From Octopus bimaculoides (lineage: Eukaryota), in contig NC_068995.1 of assembly GCF_001194135.2 (NCBI RefSeq), positions 44,737,731-44,777,267 of the forward strand: DNA of 39,537 nucleotides, given 5' to 3'. This document shows, piece after piece, positions 1 through 12,136 of this stretch (positions within the stretch are counted from its first letter, which is position 1; every line of letters begins with the position of its first letter). Both the position numbers and the translations under genes were made by a program. The notes under the pieces are model-generated. The model was not told the DNA's origin, did not search any database, and saw only the letters and a program-made list of their open reading frames with translations.

Positions 1-540
1 GTAAAGAGAGATAGAGATAAAGGAATGTAAATGTAACAGAAAGAGGGAAAGAGAAAGATATGTTAATGCAATAGAGAGGGTGATAGAGAGAAAGAGAGAG
101 ATAGTAAATAGGAAGAGAGGGAAAAAGAAGGACAAAGAGAGTGGCTGGTAAGTATCTGAAAGAGAGAAAGAGAAAGGAAGGCGAGAAACGAGATAGCATG
201 TAAGTGATAAATAGAGAGAAGGAGAAAGGCAGGTTTATGTGATATAGCGAGAAGGTGAGGGAGAAAGGCAGGTATACGTGATAGAGAGAGAGAGAGTTTG
301 AAAGGAAGAAAGGCAATTATGTGATGGAGAGAGGGAGAAAGAGTAAGAGAGGGGTAGTAAGGCAGATATATGTGATAGACGGAGAGAGCGGGAGAAAGGA
401 AGATATGTGTGATAGAGGGATAGTATTAGGGAGAGTGAGAGGTATATGTGATACAGAGAGGAAGGCCAATATATCCGATACATAAATAGAGGGAGGGAAA
501 GCGATGTTTATCCAATAGAGAGGAGCGGTGGGAAAGAGAG
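1..540. repeat. GA-rich degenerate minisatellite / polypurine tract
   Basis: + strand is almost all purine; from ~200-520 a ~30-45 bp unit resembling GAGAAAGGCAGGTATATGTGATAGAGAG recurs about 7 times. Confidence 0.8.
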
Positions 541-829
541 AGTGACAGTGTATAGTAGTGCTGTGTTATAGTAGTGTTGTTATAGTAGTGTTGTATATAT
601 ATTATAAGAAGCGTGATGTGTAGGAGAAGGCGAGGTAGCCAGCTCGACTGGCTTTCTGGCTGAGTATATTTCTGATCAATTCACACAACGGACACTTTTT
701 TTAATCAAGTTTGGGAATTATTTTACTGCTGTGTCCATTTTAATGTATGTACTTCTTGTTTGATCGTTGTTAAAACCATTATTTTTCACCGTTTGTATTT
801 ATTCATCAATCACTGCCTCATCTGTTCAT

Positions 830-900
830 TTGTGTGTGTGTATATATATATATATATGTGTATATATATACATATATATATACATATGTATGTATGTATA

Positions 901-934
<34 letters not shown>

Positions 935-1226
935 CATATGTATGTACACACGCACATATACACGAACGTGTAAATGTTTATATACGTATTGATATGTGTA
1001 TATATACACACGTGTGTATATACACGTATGCACACGCACATATATATATACTTATATATATATACTTATTTATGTGTATAGTTGTGTTCATATATAGACA
1101 CGTGAGTTAATATACATATACACACAGTAATGTGTTTATACACATGTATAGATAGATATAGATATATACATGTATATAAATACTCACGTATTATGAATAT
1201 TATTATTATGCACACACATGCATGTA
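830..1226. repeat. Degenerate (TA)n/(CA)n microsatellite running into an N-gap
   Basis: Alternating purine-pyrimidine dinucleotides; (TA)n resumes at 1630 after the gap. Confidence 0.9.
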
Positions 1227-1629
1227 NNNNNNNNNNNNNNNNNNNNNNNNNNNNNNNNNNNNNNNNNNNNNNNNNNNNNNNNNNNNNNNNNNNNNNNNNN
1301 NNNNNNNNNNNNNNNNNNNNNNNNNNNNNNNNNNNNNNNNNNNNNNNNNNNNNNNNNNNNNNNNNNNNNNNNNNNNNNNNNNNNNNNNNNNNNNNNNNNN
1401 NNNNNNNNNNNNNNNNNNNNNNNNNNNNNNNNNNNNNNNNNNNNNNNNNNNNNNNNNNNNNNNNNNNNNNNNNNNNNNNNNNNNNNNNNNNNNNNNNNNN
1501 NNNNNNNNNNNNNNNNNNNNNNNNNNNNNNNNNNNNNNNNNNNNNNNNNNNNNNNNNNNNNNNNNNNNNNNNNNNNNNNNNNNNNNNNNNNNNNNNNNNN
1601 NNNNNNNNNNNNNNNNNNNNNNNNNNNNN

Positions 1630-1674
<45 letters not shown>

Positions 1675-1809
1675 GTGATGTATATAATTAATGTAGTTGA
1701 TGTCTATATGCATACTCTATGCATATATACTTAGACATGTTTATTTATATAGCCTTAATACACCTGCTATCCTTACATCTATATACACATTGTATATAAA
1801 CTCTGCAGG

Positions 1810-1851
<42 letters not shown>

Positions 1852-2297
1852 ATACACACGTGTGTATACACACATATATCTTAACAATTAGCACACACAC
1901 ATATATATAAACAATTAGCAAGCCTTTGTCCCAAAGAAATGGCCGAGTCTTCGTGGAGTTAGCTCATTGTATAAATTAAGGAACCGATTTATTGTTATTA
2001 AAAGACTTATTTTTGGAATGATTATGCCCCAAGTATGTGATATTTTATTAAAAGTGAAGCTGGTATGAGGTTGTGTGGCATTCATGCATTTCCTTAATAA
2101 GGGTAGCTTTTCTAACTTTCTACCTCTTGTAAAATTATATATATACATTTAAATACCCACATATGTGTGTGTGTACACTATTTACAGATGTACCATCACA
2201 AATACACACACATCTATAATACAAACACATGCTTTGTATATATATATATATATATATCATTTTCATATTTGTGTGTGTATCTATCTATCTATCTATC

Positions 2298-2329
<32 letters not shown>

Positions 2330-2913
2330 TATACATACACACATACATACAAATAGATAAATGTATATATATATATATCCAAGCATACATGTATCCAAAT
2401 TCACACACATACAAACACACATCCAAAACACACAGAAGAAATGTCGAACAAAGCAAAATGGTTCTGTTATTCCAAAGTTGCAGGTACTGACTCCATTTAA
2501 ACAGACTTTGGTCTTACAGAACCTGTTGTATGATTTATCTCTTTTCCAAATTAATTCCCATTTAATAAATGAACGATAATAGTGATTCTCCTTCCTCTTC
2601 ACTCTAGACACAATGGCTCACCATCTCTCTCTCTCTCACATAATATATTATTACAAAAGCAACGAAAAGATGCCTCCTATTGTGTTATCACTGCCTCCAT
2701 AGATTCGTTGAGTTGTGGTGTTTATGCCTCTCCCCGTATATTAAAGTAAACAGGAATCTGGCTGTCGAAACCTTTCTGAGTGGACTTAAGAAAGAGGCTT
2801 AGTTGCTGTGGCTTGGCCTGTACCTCCTCCCTTTCCGTCTGTGTGTATGTGCCTTATCAAAACAGTATATATATATATACACACACACATACTATATATA
2901 TAATATATATACA

Positions 2914-2956
2914 ATCCAACCCATGCCAGCATGGAAAATGGACGTTAAATGATGGT
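2914..2956 (+). mobile_element. Family C 3' tail (RTE-type LINE or derived SINE)
   Basis: ATCCAACCCATGCCAGCATGGAAAATGGACGTTAAATGATG; the same motif recurs at 11770-11820, 14355-14395 and 37930-37982 (+), and inverted at 9391 and 35195. Confidence 0.7.
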
Positions 2957-3189
2957 GTTATCTATAAGCAGTATGTATACTCTACATGAAATACATATAC
3001 ACACTATGTAGACATTGTGTAAACTATATACACACACATGCGTAAAATGTATACATACACACACCATATTACTATATATATATATATACCCCTTTGTTCG
3101 GGACAAGAGAAAGCTGTAGCGCACACGCGACAGACATATAAGATCTATTTAATATACCACTGCAGATGTTGTGGCTTTCATTACTGCTC

Positions 3190-3600
3190 CAGTCCCAATA
3201 ACCAACCAAATACTATTTAATCAGTTCAATAAAGCCCCAATAGCCAATAATGTTTAATTAGATCAACAATAAACCGAACACACACACATACACACTAACC
3301 CCGTCTTCTAACAAAGCCGACTGTAAAATATATTATTTCCCTGAGTGAAAGGGACACACAGCCCTCAATGGACGAGGCATAAAGGGGGCAGCTGGTAGGC
3401 TTTTATTATTAAAGCACTCGTTTGTCCCCCTTCTAACTGCTGCTGCGACCCCTCCTTCCCCACTTTCTTTCTTCTTCCTCTCCACTACTCTGTCCCCCCC
3501 TCTCTCTCTTGCGTCCTTTCACGACGGCTATTAAGCCGGAATTTCGAAGTCACAGTCGATCTTTTCCTCGCGAAAACTTAATGGTGATCCTTTCATCTAG
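3190..3600 (+). promoter_or_regulatory. Possible promoter/enhancer-like unique segment
   Basis: Three CCAAT boxes (3195, 3237, 3244), CAGCTG E-box, pyrimidine tract, TATTAA at 3529, CAGTC at 3553, E2F-like TCGCGAAAA; locally CpG-richer than flanks. Motif-only evidence. Confidence 0.25.
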
Positions 3601-4617
3601 TGTTTAACTGTTATTTATTTGTCTATATTTATATATATATATATATATATATATACATACATACATACACACACACTTATGTACATGCAGCACTCTAACA
3701 TCTAACGCGCGCGCACACACACATATGCTATATAAATCTATTAACCTTGTATATTTATTTGTACTAATAGTAACCGCTACAAACCATTGTCACCTCTGTA
3801 AAAGCTATTGTGTGGATATGTAATAAACACGCTCACTTGGTGTGTGTATATATATATGTGTGTGTGTTTGTGTGTGTCAGTAGCGTAAGTGTACTACTAA
3901 TCATATATGCTGATAGTTTTTTTTTAATCTTCTGCAGTACATCCGAACTACCATCTATAAAAAATATATAATGTATGTATATATATATGTGTGTGTGTGT
4001 AAGATAATGGTAGCATGTGTGTCTAGCTCTTTCTCCTATCTCTTTATCTATGCCTATCTGTCTGTGCTTGAATACACGTCTCCAGCAATTTAACTTAACT
4101 ATACGCACAAACACACGCGCGTGTGTGTATAACGGATAGATATCTATTTGGCGATCTAAACTGTAAAATCCACGTGTTCATCATGTAATATATATTGTGT
4201 ATATAGTTATATATAATGCATGTGTGTGAAGCATGTTTCACCAGTATTAATATATAATGTATAAACTAAGCCACACAAACGGTGTTATGAGCACTCATCA
4301 CACATGTGGATATACGTCCCACGTCTGTACATAGCAGAGCTATTACCCATGTATATATACACACAATGAATCTACATACATGTACAGCGTACATTACATG
4401 TTTCATGCGTACACGAAATTAGACATATTCAGTGTGTTCAGGTTGGAGTTACACATGATATGTATACGCAATAAAGTTGTACACATTCGTGCATGTTCGA
4501 GCTACTCATGTAATCCAATATATAGACAGTAGAAGCTACACACGTGCTATTAATATACAATGCACATGCATTATATATATATATATATATTAAAAGTACA
4601 TGTCCTTATGTGTGTGC

Positions 4618-4654
<37 letters not shown>

Positions 4655-4760
4655 ACAACTGTCTATATATACTTTACAACCACTTGTATGCAGTACCACC
4701 AGCTAACTTATACATGCAGTGTATCGACATGTAGTCTTGTGTTCCATCCAGCTCCAGTGT

Positions 4761-4825
4761 CTTCTACAGCCCTGGGTCAACCATAAGCTTGTGAGTGGAT
4801 TTGGTAGACATGAACTGAAAATGGC
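4761..4825 (+). mobile_element. SINE family A fragment
   Basis: CTTCTACAGCCCTGGGTCAACCATAAGCTTGTGAGTGGATTTGGTAGAC matches the body of the copies at 5710 and 8758. Confidence 0.75.
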
Positions 4826-5070
4826 TTGTCCTCCTTACCACCCTTCCCACTCCAAACCACCCATCTTCACAACACCCTTGATTATTCCCTGATGTACTTC
4901 CCATCTCTACTTATCTGCCTATCAGTACACAATCATCCTCATGGACTTGCTATATCAGCCGTAGCCCTCTTGAGCCACTCCTGTCACATGCTACAGTTAC
5001 CTCTGTCCCATCTCCCTGTACACTCGTGTGAAACATACGGCTTTCTATTCCCCCCCCCCACCTGCTCTCC
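4826..5070 (-). mobile_element. Possible highly decayed RTE LINE ORF 3' end
   Basis: Minus-strand reading gives HEDDCVLIGR*VEMG...GRVVRRT, loosely like RMDEDCCIKRC...VEG...WDEVVRK at 31021-31270. Confidence 0.3.
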
Positions 5071-5202
5071 CTGTCAGGTCCTCTGTACCACTTATCTCTC
5101 TCTGTCACTTTGCCTGCCTGTCTTTCTCTCTGTCTCCATTTTCCCCCTCCTTTCTTTTCTAACTGGAGTAGCCAAATATCTCCTCTTATAGCAAGACACC
5201 TA

Positions 5203-5275
5203 TATTAGAAGACACTTGCCCAAGGTGTCAAGCAGTGGGATGGAACCTGAATTTGTGTGGTTGCAGAGAGCAAGA
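5203..5275 (-). mobile_element. SINE family A 5' fragment, inverted
   Basis: AGAAGACACTTGCCCAAGGTG...GGAACC is the reverse complement of the family A head/core. Confidence 0.8.
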
Positions 5276-5709
5276 TGTGTGTGTGTATGTATTGGGAGGG
5301 GGTTGTGTCAGTGTGTGGGTAGTAAAGTAGTGCCAATGTTGACGTTTTCTTGTAGACAATATGATCGGTCACTTTGTTGGATTTAAAGACCTGTGGGTTA
5401 AAGGTATTCCTTTTATGAAAAACATGAGTCGGTGACAGGAAGAGTATCTAGCTGTAAGATCCTGTCTCAAATAGATCTCCATCTAAATACTTTCTAGCAT
5501 GGGAGTGGGGGGGGGAATGGCTATTGAATGGACTAGTATGTGTATACAAGGGTTAGTCCCAATGCATGGCAAATTATCTTCATTATCAAACGAGTGGTGT
5601 CTTTTGTCTTCAATCATGCTTGGGAACAGGTAAGAATACGAAACTGGAAGGACATCTGGTAGTAGAAAATCTGCTCCCAACAGATTCCATTTGACTCTTG
5701 CATGCAAGG

Positions 5710-6085
5710 AAAAGTGGCTGCGTGGTAAGAAGCTTGCTTCCCAACCACATGGTTCCAGGTTCAGTCCCACACACGGCACCTTGGGCAAGTGTCTTTTATT
5801 ATAGTCTCAGGCTGACCAAAGCCTTGTGAGTGGATTTGGTAGACGGAAACTGAAAGAAGCCCTTGTGTGTGTGTCTGTCTTTGTCTCCTCTGCCATCGCA
5901 TGACAACCGATGCTGGTGTGTTTATGCCCCCATAACTTAGCAGTTCAGTGAAAGAGACCGATAGAATAAGTACTAGGCTTCTAAAGAATAAGTCCTGGTG
6001 TCAATTTCTTTAACTAAAACCCTTTAAGGCAGTACTCCAGCATGGCTGCATTCATATGAATGAAACAAGTAAACGAATAAAAAGA
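5710..6085 (+). mobile_element. SINE family A, near full length (tRNA-derived, CORE-like)
   Basis: A-box-like TGGCTGCGTGGTAAG, B-box-like GGTTCAGTCCC, CACCTTGGGCAAGTGTC block resembling the CORE-SINE domain, internal (TG)n, tail ending GAAACAAGTAAA; collinear with 8758-9145. Confidence 0.9.
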
Positions 6086-6122
6086 TACACACACATACAC
6101 ACACACACACACAGATAATCTT

Positions 6123-6350
6123 GTCATTATCGTTTTAATGTCTACTTTTCCATGTTTGCATGGTCAGATGGAGTTGTGTTGTGGAAGATTTCTATCACTG
6201 GTTGTCCTTGTTACTAGACCTCACCTGTTTCCATGGAAAGTCACATTTGCCCATGGTTAGTCATATGCTTCACAGAAGACCGAAAAGTAGCAACACTGCT
6301 TTTATGATGGTGATGCTTGTTTGCAGCCATCAATTGTAGTTGAGACAAGA
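6123..6350 (-). mobile_element. Family C-related tail variant, inverted
   Basis: Starts CATTATCGTTTTAATGTCTACTTTTCCATGTTTGCATGG; collinear with 37243-37420. Confidence 0.6.
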
Positions 6351-6951
6351 GTATACACATGCATGTATATATATGTGTGTGTGTATTAGAAACTGAAATT
6401 ATAAATATATATAAATATTAATAAAAGTGAAATTTTGTCTGTCTGTCTGGGACCTCTGTATCTTAGCCTACATTTGCTCTACATAGACACATTATACCTT
6501 TTTGGAATCAGGATGATCCCGGGATTGAAAATCTGCCCTTCATTGGTTCTTGAACATTCAGCATTGGGATCTGATTTAAAAGCATTTGGGTTGCTATTTC
6601 CAGCAGGTAAAGCTCAGCTGATTCACACCATCTTGGCAGCATTTGTCCGATGATATCAGACCGAGATCAAGGTGGGGATAAATGACATTCACTTCATTTA
6701 TTTTATGTCAAGATAAGAACTTTGGGATAAATTGGTGAAAAGTTGGAATTCAAATTGGGACTGGAACAATAGATTGATTGCATTACAGAATTACTTCTCA
6801 TCCATTCTTAACCTCTGATCAAATACCACTAGGACATATAGTTATTATAGTCATACTATTTAGTTGCAGGCCCAGTGAGCCCTCCGCAGGAGCTAGCTTA
6901 GAAGTCTGCACAGAATGTGGCTTTTAGGCTAGTATATATATATATATATAT

Positions 6952-7335
6952 GTGGAGGTGCAATGGCCCAGTGGTTAGGGCAGCGGACTCGCGGTCATAG
7001 GATCACGGTTTTGATTCCCAGACCGGGCGTTGTGAGTGTTTATTGAGCGAAAACACCTAAAGCTCCATGAGGCTCCGGCAGGGGATGGTGGCAAACCCTG
7101 CTGTACTCTTTCACCACAACTTTCTCTCACTCTTACTTCCTGTTTCTGTTGTGCCTGTAATTCAAAGGGCCAGCCTTGTCACACTGTGTCACGCTGAATA
7201 TCCCCGAGAACTACGTTAAGGGTACATATGTCTGTGGAATGCTCAACCATTTACACGTTAATTTTACGAGCAGGCTGTTCTGTTGGTTGGATCAACTGGA
7301 ACCCTTGTCGTTGTAAGCGATTGAGTGCCAACAAA
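6952..7335 (+). mobile_element. SINE family B, full length (tRNA-derived)
   Basis: A box TGGCCCAGTGGTTAG, B-box-like GGTTTTGATTCCC; highly similar end to end to 9566-9955; directly follows a (TA)n tract. Confidence 0.9.
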
Positions 7336-7358
7336 CAAAAACAAAACATATATATTAT

Positions 7359-7520
7359 GGGCTTCTTTCAGTTTCCCCTCTACCATATCTATTGAAAATG
7401 CTTTGGTCAGCAGCCTGGGCTATAGTAGAAGTCACTTACCTACAGTGCTCTGCAATGGAACTGAACCTGGGAATCTCATGGTTGGGAAGCAAGCTTCTTA
7501 ACCACAAAGCCAAACCTGCC
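7359..7520 (-). mobile_element. SINE family A 5' half, inverted
   Basis: GGGCTTCTTTCAGTTTCC...GGTTGGGAAGCAAGCTTCTTAACCAC is the reverse complement of the family A head. Confidence 0.85.
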
Positions 7521-7589
7521 CCAGTAACTTCACTGAAGAGTGTTTGTTAATATGAACTAGAGAAATTCTTTCCTGCTCCCTCCTGTTCC

Positions 7590-8730
7590 AAAACTCCAAG
7601 GAGCAGGAAATGTCATTAGTTAGCCTCAAGGTGAGAATAAAGGAGGAAACAGTGCAAGTGGCAGAGTGATGCTGGATGTGGAGGGGGAGGCATCATGAGA
7701 TGCTTCCTTGAGACCCAGGTCGGTAGAGGAGGGACCAGTTTATTCAGGAAGTGATTTGAGCAGATGTAGAGAGTAAGGGTGAGTGAAGAGGAGTGTGGAG
7801 CTCGTGTGGTATGAGCATGAATGAGGTGAGGGGCAGTGTGAGACTACCACATGGGGAAATGCCATGTAGGTGGACATCCATCATGTTAAGCTTCTTGTTC
7901 AAGCTGTTTACATTGTCCTCTCAAACCCAGCTAACTTTCACACCTATGGGTCAAGAGACACTGTCCAGACTGCTAGAATCTACATGAGAACCCTTAAGGA
8001 CATCTCAGCAGCTGTTCAAAAGCTCTTGGAGAAGGCTGCTATTTCTTGGCATTATGAGTGGATAAGTGCTCAAGCTGGTTGCTGAGAGCTTAGTTCCTGT
8101 CTTCAGTTCAAGTAAACCCATGGTTGCCACTTAGATTTATCAAAACTGAAGAGGAACCCCATCCACAATCAAAAGCAAATATGGAACCACCTTTATACAG
8201 TCTCTGACTGGCTGGCACCTGCTTGTTGTTCTGGGTAGGCTGTTGAAGTTTCTGCAGTGCATAGTACCAGTCTTGCTTCAGCCAGATATGATCACCTCTG
8301 AAGCATCAAGAAAACTGATCAAACTGGAACATATAGTAGCCTGGGAAGGGTAGATTGAAAAAAGCCAATGATAGGAAACATGAGTAGTGCCAAAACAAAG
8401 GAACACTATGAATTTCCAGAAGTGGACTGTAGAGGCTTTGCAGGACACTCACTCTGCAAAGTCCTCATCCGAATGGGTTCTACAGGGGGAGGGGGTCACA
8501 AAGATGGGCCATTTGGTCTGTGAGTGAATCTATAGAGAAATTCACCTGGTGTCTTTGGATTAAGGGAGCTGATACATGGACTGTTGCTGCTCGGACATAA
8601 ATTGGGATCTGATCAATCTCCAGTAGGTTCTCTGGACGAGGGTATCTGATGTTGTGCAAGACTCAGAATATCTGATGACCCCAATTTCACATTACTAATG
8701 ATGTGTTCCACCTCATCCAATGGATGTTCA
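7590..8730 (+). mobile_element. Decayed 3' portion of an RLE-type (HERO-like) non-LTR retrotransposon
   Basis: Frameshifted translations give ordered motifs: TQVGRGG; VKLLVQAVYIVLSNPANFHTYG; HCPDC...TLKDI (CCHC knuckle remnant); PDMITSEASRKLIKLEHIVAWE (PD-(D/E)xK endonuclease, 8282); PEVDCRGFAGHSLCKV; CLWIKGADTWTVAART* (stop 8598-8600). Then a ~130-nt 3' UTR ending at (AT)n. The order matches HERO-family ORF ends as I recall them. Confidence 0.8.
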
Positions 8731-8757
8731 ATATATATATATATATATATATATATA

Positions 8758-9145
8758 GGCGCAGGAGTGGCTGTATGGTAAGTAGCTTGCTTACCAACCA
8801 CATGGTTCCGGGTTCATTCCCACTGCGTGGCACCTTGGGCAAGTGTCTTCTACTATAGCCTCGGGCCGACCAAAGCCTTGTGAGTGAACTTGGTAGACAG
8901 AAACTGAAAGAAGCCTGTCGTATATATGTATATATATATATGTATGCGTGTGTATATGTTTGTCCCCGCAATATCGCTTGACAACCGATGCTGGTGTGTT
9001 TACATCCCTGTAACTTAGCGGTTCGGCAAAAGAGACCGATAGAATAAGTACTAGGCTTACAAAGAAGAAATCCTGGGGTCGATTTGCTCAACTAAATGCG
9101 GTGCTCCAGCATGGCCGCAGTCAAATGACTGAAACAAGTAAAAGA
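8758..9145 (+). mobile_element. SINE family A, full length, least diverged copy
   Basis: GGCGCAGGAGTGGCTGTATGGTAAG...GGGTTCATTCCC...CACCTTGGGCAAGTGTC...GAAACAAGTAAAAG; begins directly after (AT)n. Confidence 0.92.
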
Positions 9146-9244
9146 ACCAAAGACATTGGCAAAGCCCACATGTTGCAACTTACATAGACACAAGCAAGAT
9201 GTAAAGAGACATGCACACATACACATGCAAATACACAAAGGTTT

Positions 9245-9380
9245 TACTTCAGTTTCCCTCTACCAAATACATTCGTGAGGTTTTTGGTTGGCCTGTATCT
9301 GTAGTAGAAAATACTTGCGCTTGGTACTGAATGGTGGAACTGAACCTGGAAATTGCTGGTTCGCAAGCAAACCATAAGCC
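9245..9380 (-). mobile_element. SINE family A 5' half, inverted and diverged
   Basis: TTCAGTTTCCCTCTACCAAAT...GGAACTGAACCTGG...GCAAGCAAACC. Confidence 0.75.
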
Positions 9381-9390
9381 ATATATATAT

Positions 9391-9531
9391 CATCATCATC
9401 ATCATCGTTTAACGTCCGCTTTCCATGCTAGCATAGGTTGGACGATTTGACTGAGGACTGGTGAAACCGGATGGCAACACCAGGCTCCAATCTAAATTTG
9501 GCAGAGTTTCTACAGCTGGATGCCCTTCCTA

Positions 9532-9533
<2 letters not shown>
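9391..9533 (-). mobile_element. Family C tail, inverted, with (CAT)n
   Basis: (CAT)n-CGTTTAACGTCCGCTTTCCATGCTAGCAT...CTACAGCTGGATGCCCTTCCTAAT; short tandem-repeat tails are typical of RTE-clade elements. Confidence 0.8.
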
Positions 9534-9564
<31 letters not shown>

Positions 9565-9565
9565 A

Positions 9566-9955
9566 TGTGGAGGCGCAATGGGCCAGTGGTTAGGGCAGCG
9601 GACTCGCGGTCATAGGATCGCGGTTTCGATTCTCAGACCGGGCGTTGTGAGTGTTTATTGAGCGAAAACACCTAAAAGCTCCACGAGGCTCCGGCAGGGG
9701 ATGGTGGCGCACCCTGCTGTACTCTTTCACCACAACTTTCTCTCACTCTTACTTCCTCTTTCTGTTGTGCCTGTAATTCAAAGGGGTCAGCCTTGTCACA
9801 CACTGTGTCACGCTGAATATCCCCGAGAACTACGTTAAGGCACTACACGTGTCTGTGGAGTGCTCAGCCACTTGCATGTTAATTTCACGAGCAGGCTGTT
9901 CCGTTGATTGGATCAACTGGAACCCTCGATGTCGCAAGCGACGGAGTGCCAACAA
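9566..9955 (+). mobile_element. SINE family B, full length
   Basis: A box TGGGCCAGTGGTTAG, B box GGTTTCGATTCTC; collinear with 6952-7335; follows a (TA)n tract. Confidence 0.92.
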
Positions 9956-10218
9956 CATATATACAATACAAACACATGTATAGTGTAGTTACATGTATAT
10001 ATGTGTGTAGATAAAGATCTATTGTATATGAATTTTATTATCATCATTTTAACATCTGATTTTCTCATACGAGCATAGGGTTGAGACTTCTTAAGGCAGT
10101 AAACTACCTTGTTTTCATTTAAATCACTATTGCCCAAACAATGTAAATGAAGCAATATACATAGATCCATATATACACACACATATACATAGGATATGTG
10201 TGTATATCTCTCTCTCTC

Positions 10219-10255
<37 letters not shown>

Positions 10256-10409
10256 AAAGGGATGCCTTTGAGTTACATGTTTTTAAAAGTGCCGATTGAG
10301 TAGTTAAAATGTCAACATCTCCACCATTTTGTTTAAGTGCTGATAAGCATAGCATATCAACATTCATGTACACATGCATGAAGATAGTTATATACAGATA
10401 CACATAGCA

Positions 10410-10560
10410 GGTTTCCCCACAGTTTCCATTTACTGAATTCCCTCAGTAGGCATTGGTTGGTTCAGGCCTATAATAGAAAACGTCCAAGGTGCTGCCCAGC
10501 TGGACTGAACCTGGCATCATGCAGTTAATAAGCAAACTCCTTAACTGCACAGCCATGCAT
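10410..10560 (-). mobile_element. SINE family A fragment, inverted and diverged
   Basis: CAGTTTCCATTTAC...CCAAGGTGC...GGACTGAACCTGG...AAGCAAACTCCTTAAC...CAGCCATGC. Confidence 0.7.
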
Positions 10561-10734
10561 ACGGTGCCATGTAAAGTACTACTACCTGTTTCATGGTCTG
10601 ATTTTTAGTTTTCATTTCGACTGATCAGTGTATGTGTGTGTCTGGTCTTCTAGTTCTATCAGTTATTCTGTTCACAAAGTTGTCGAGACAACAGTTTTTA
10701 AAAAGTGGAATTCCTGCACACTTCCGTGTGTCTA

Positions 10735-11018
10735 TACTAAACTCCGCTTGCGAAGACTTGTTGAGGCAAGTGAAATCGAACTAAATTTGACGACTGGCAC
10801 CTGTGCCAACGTCGTCTCCTTCATTAGACACGAAACTCAGCTTGCAAAGACTTATTGGGGCAAGCGAAAGCGAAATCGGGATAGCACCTATGCCCAGCGT
10901 CGCCTTTCTGGCACTTATGCTCGTGGCATGTGTAAGGATTTTAGAGCGAGATCGTTACCAGTGCCCCTGGACTGGCTCTTGTGCGGGTGGCACATAAAAT
11001 ACACCATTTTGAGCGTGG
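10735..11018 (+). mobile_element. Family C internal 3' UTR segment (probable RTE LINE)
   Basis: Contains GTGCC/GGCAC-type subrepeats (GGCACCTGTGCC, GTGGCACATAAAA) like those next to family C tails at 35380-35410 and 37790-37840. The RTE assignment is recalled, not demonstrated here. Confidence 0.55.
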
Positions 11019-11913
11019 NNNNNNNNNNNNNNNNNNNNNNNNNNNNNNNNNNNNNNNNNNNNNNNNNNNNNNNNNNNNNNNNNNNNNNNNNNNNNNNNNN
11101 NNNNNNNNNNNNNNNNNNNNNNNNNNNNNNNNNNNNNNNNNNNNNNNNNNNNNNNNNNNNNNNNNNNNNNNNNNNNNNNNNNNNNNNNNNNNNNNNNNNN
11201 NNNNNNNNNNNNNNNNNNNNNNNNNNNNNNNNNNNNNNNNNNNNNNNNNNNNNNNNNNNNNNNNNNNNNNNNNNNNNNNNNNNNNNNNNNNNNNNNNNNN
11301 NNNNNNNNNNNNNNNNNNNNNNNNNNNNNNNNNNNNNNNNNNNNNNNNNNNNNNNNNNNNNNNNNNNNNNNNNNNNNNNNNNNNNNNNNNNNNNNNNNNN
11401 NNNNNNNNNNNNNNNNNNNNNNNNNNNNNNNNNNNNNNNNNNNNNNNNNNNNNNNNNNNNNNNNNNNNATATATGTCACGATCATATAAGTGACATCCCT
11501 TATTTCCAATCATTGGTGGAAATGTGTCCAGGAATTAGGAAACACTGTTGGTATTCGATGTACTCGGTCTCGCCGTGTCGGAGAGGCCTAGTGATACTCG
11601 GATCTGGTCGCTTGTGGTTCGTAACTTCGTCAGCGCAGTGTCTCTCTATATTGGCTTCCATGTTCTTCGGTTACCTGGTCCCTATTTCTCAGTCTCGCCG
11701 GTCGATTATGGAAACAGGGAGGGTTGGTGACTGGAAGGGCATCTAGTCAGTGAAAGTCTGCCTCAACAAAATATGACCAATCCATGCAGGCATGGAAAAA
11801 TGGACATTAAAATGATAATTGTTTACTGTGTGTTCCTCTGTCGGAACGGTAAGGACCATCTAGTCATCGTGTGTGAAGGATGACTAAATGACTCGATTGG
11901 TGACTTTGTTTAA

Positions 11914-12136
11914 CCCTTCAGCATCCAGATTACTTTGTGAAATATAATGCTTATTTATTCACATTTAAAAAAAATTCATCATGTATTATACCTTGTAGCT
12001 TTGAGATTTCAAAGATGTGATTGTTTATTTGCAGAACGGCATTACAAGCTAAGTATGAGAGACCAGATCTTGCCTGTTTAAACATAAAGTGGATGGAATA
12101 TTTGGGCTGGATATGGCTGGTTTAAATGCTAAAGGG
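11914..12136. mobile_element. piggyBac-like MITE
   Basis: TTAA (11910-11913) CCCTTCAGCAT ... ATGCTAAAGGG TTAA (12137-12140): CCC...GGG termini with TTAA duplication; related inverted copy at 31798-31990. Confidence 0.8.

Noticed and set aside
6952-7030. tRNA-like A/B boxes here and at 8758, 9566 and 34300
   Set aside because: They continue into multi-copy SINE bodies with no complete cloverleaf; these are SINE heads, not tRNA genes.
8674-8710. CTGATGA here (and on the minus strand near 36031) as further hammerhead cores
   Set aside because: No stem II followed by GAAA in either case.
10628-11746. 372-aa ORF
   Set aside because: 150 codons are N-gap; the rest is repeat UTR sequence with no protein motif.
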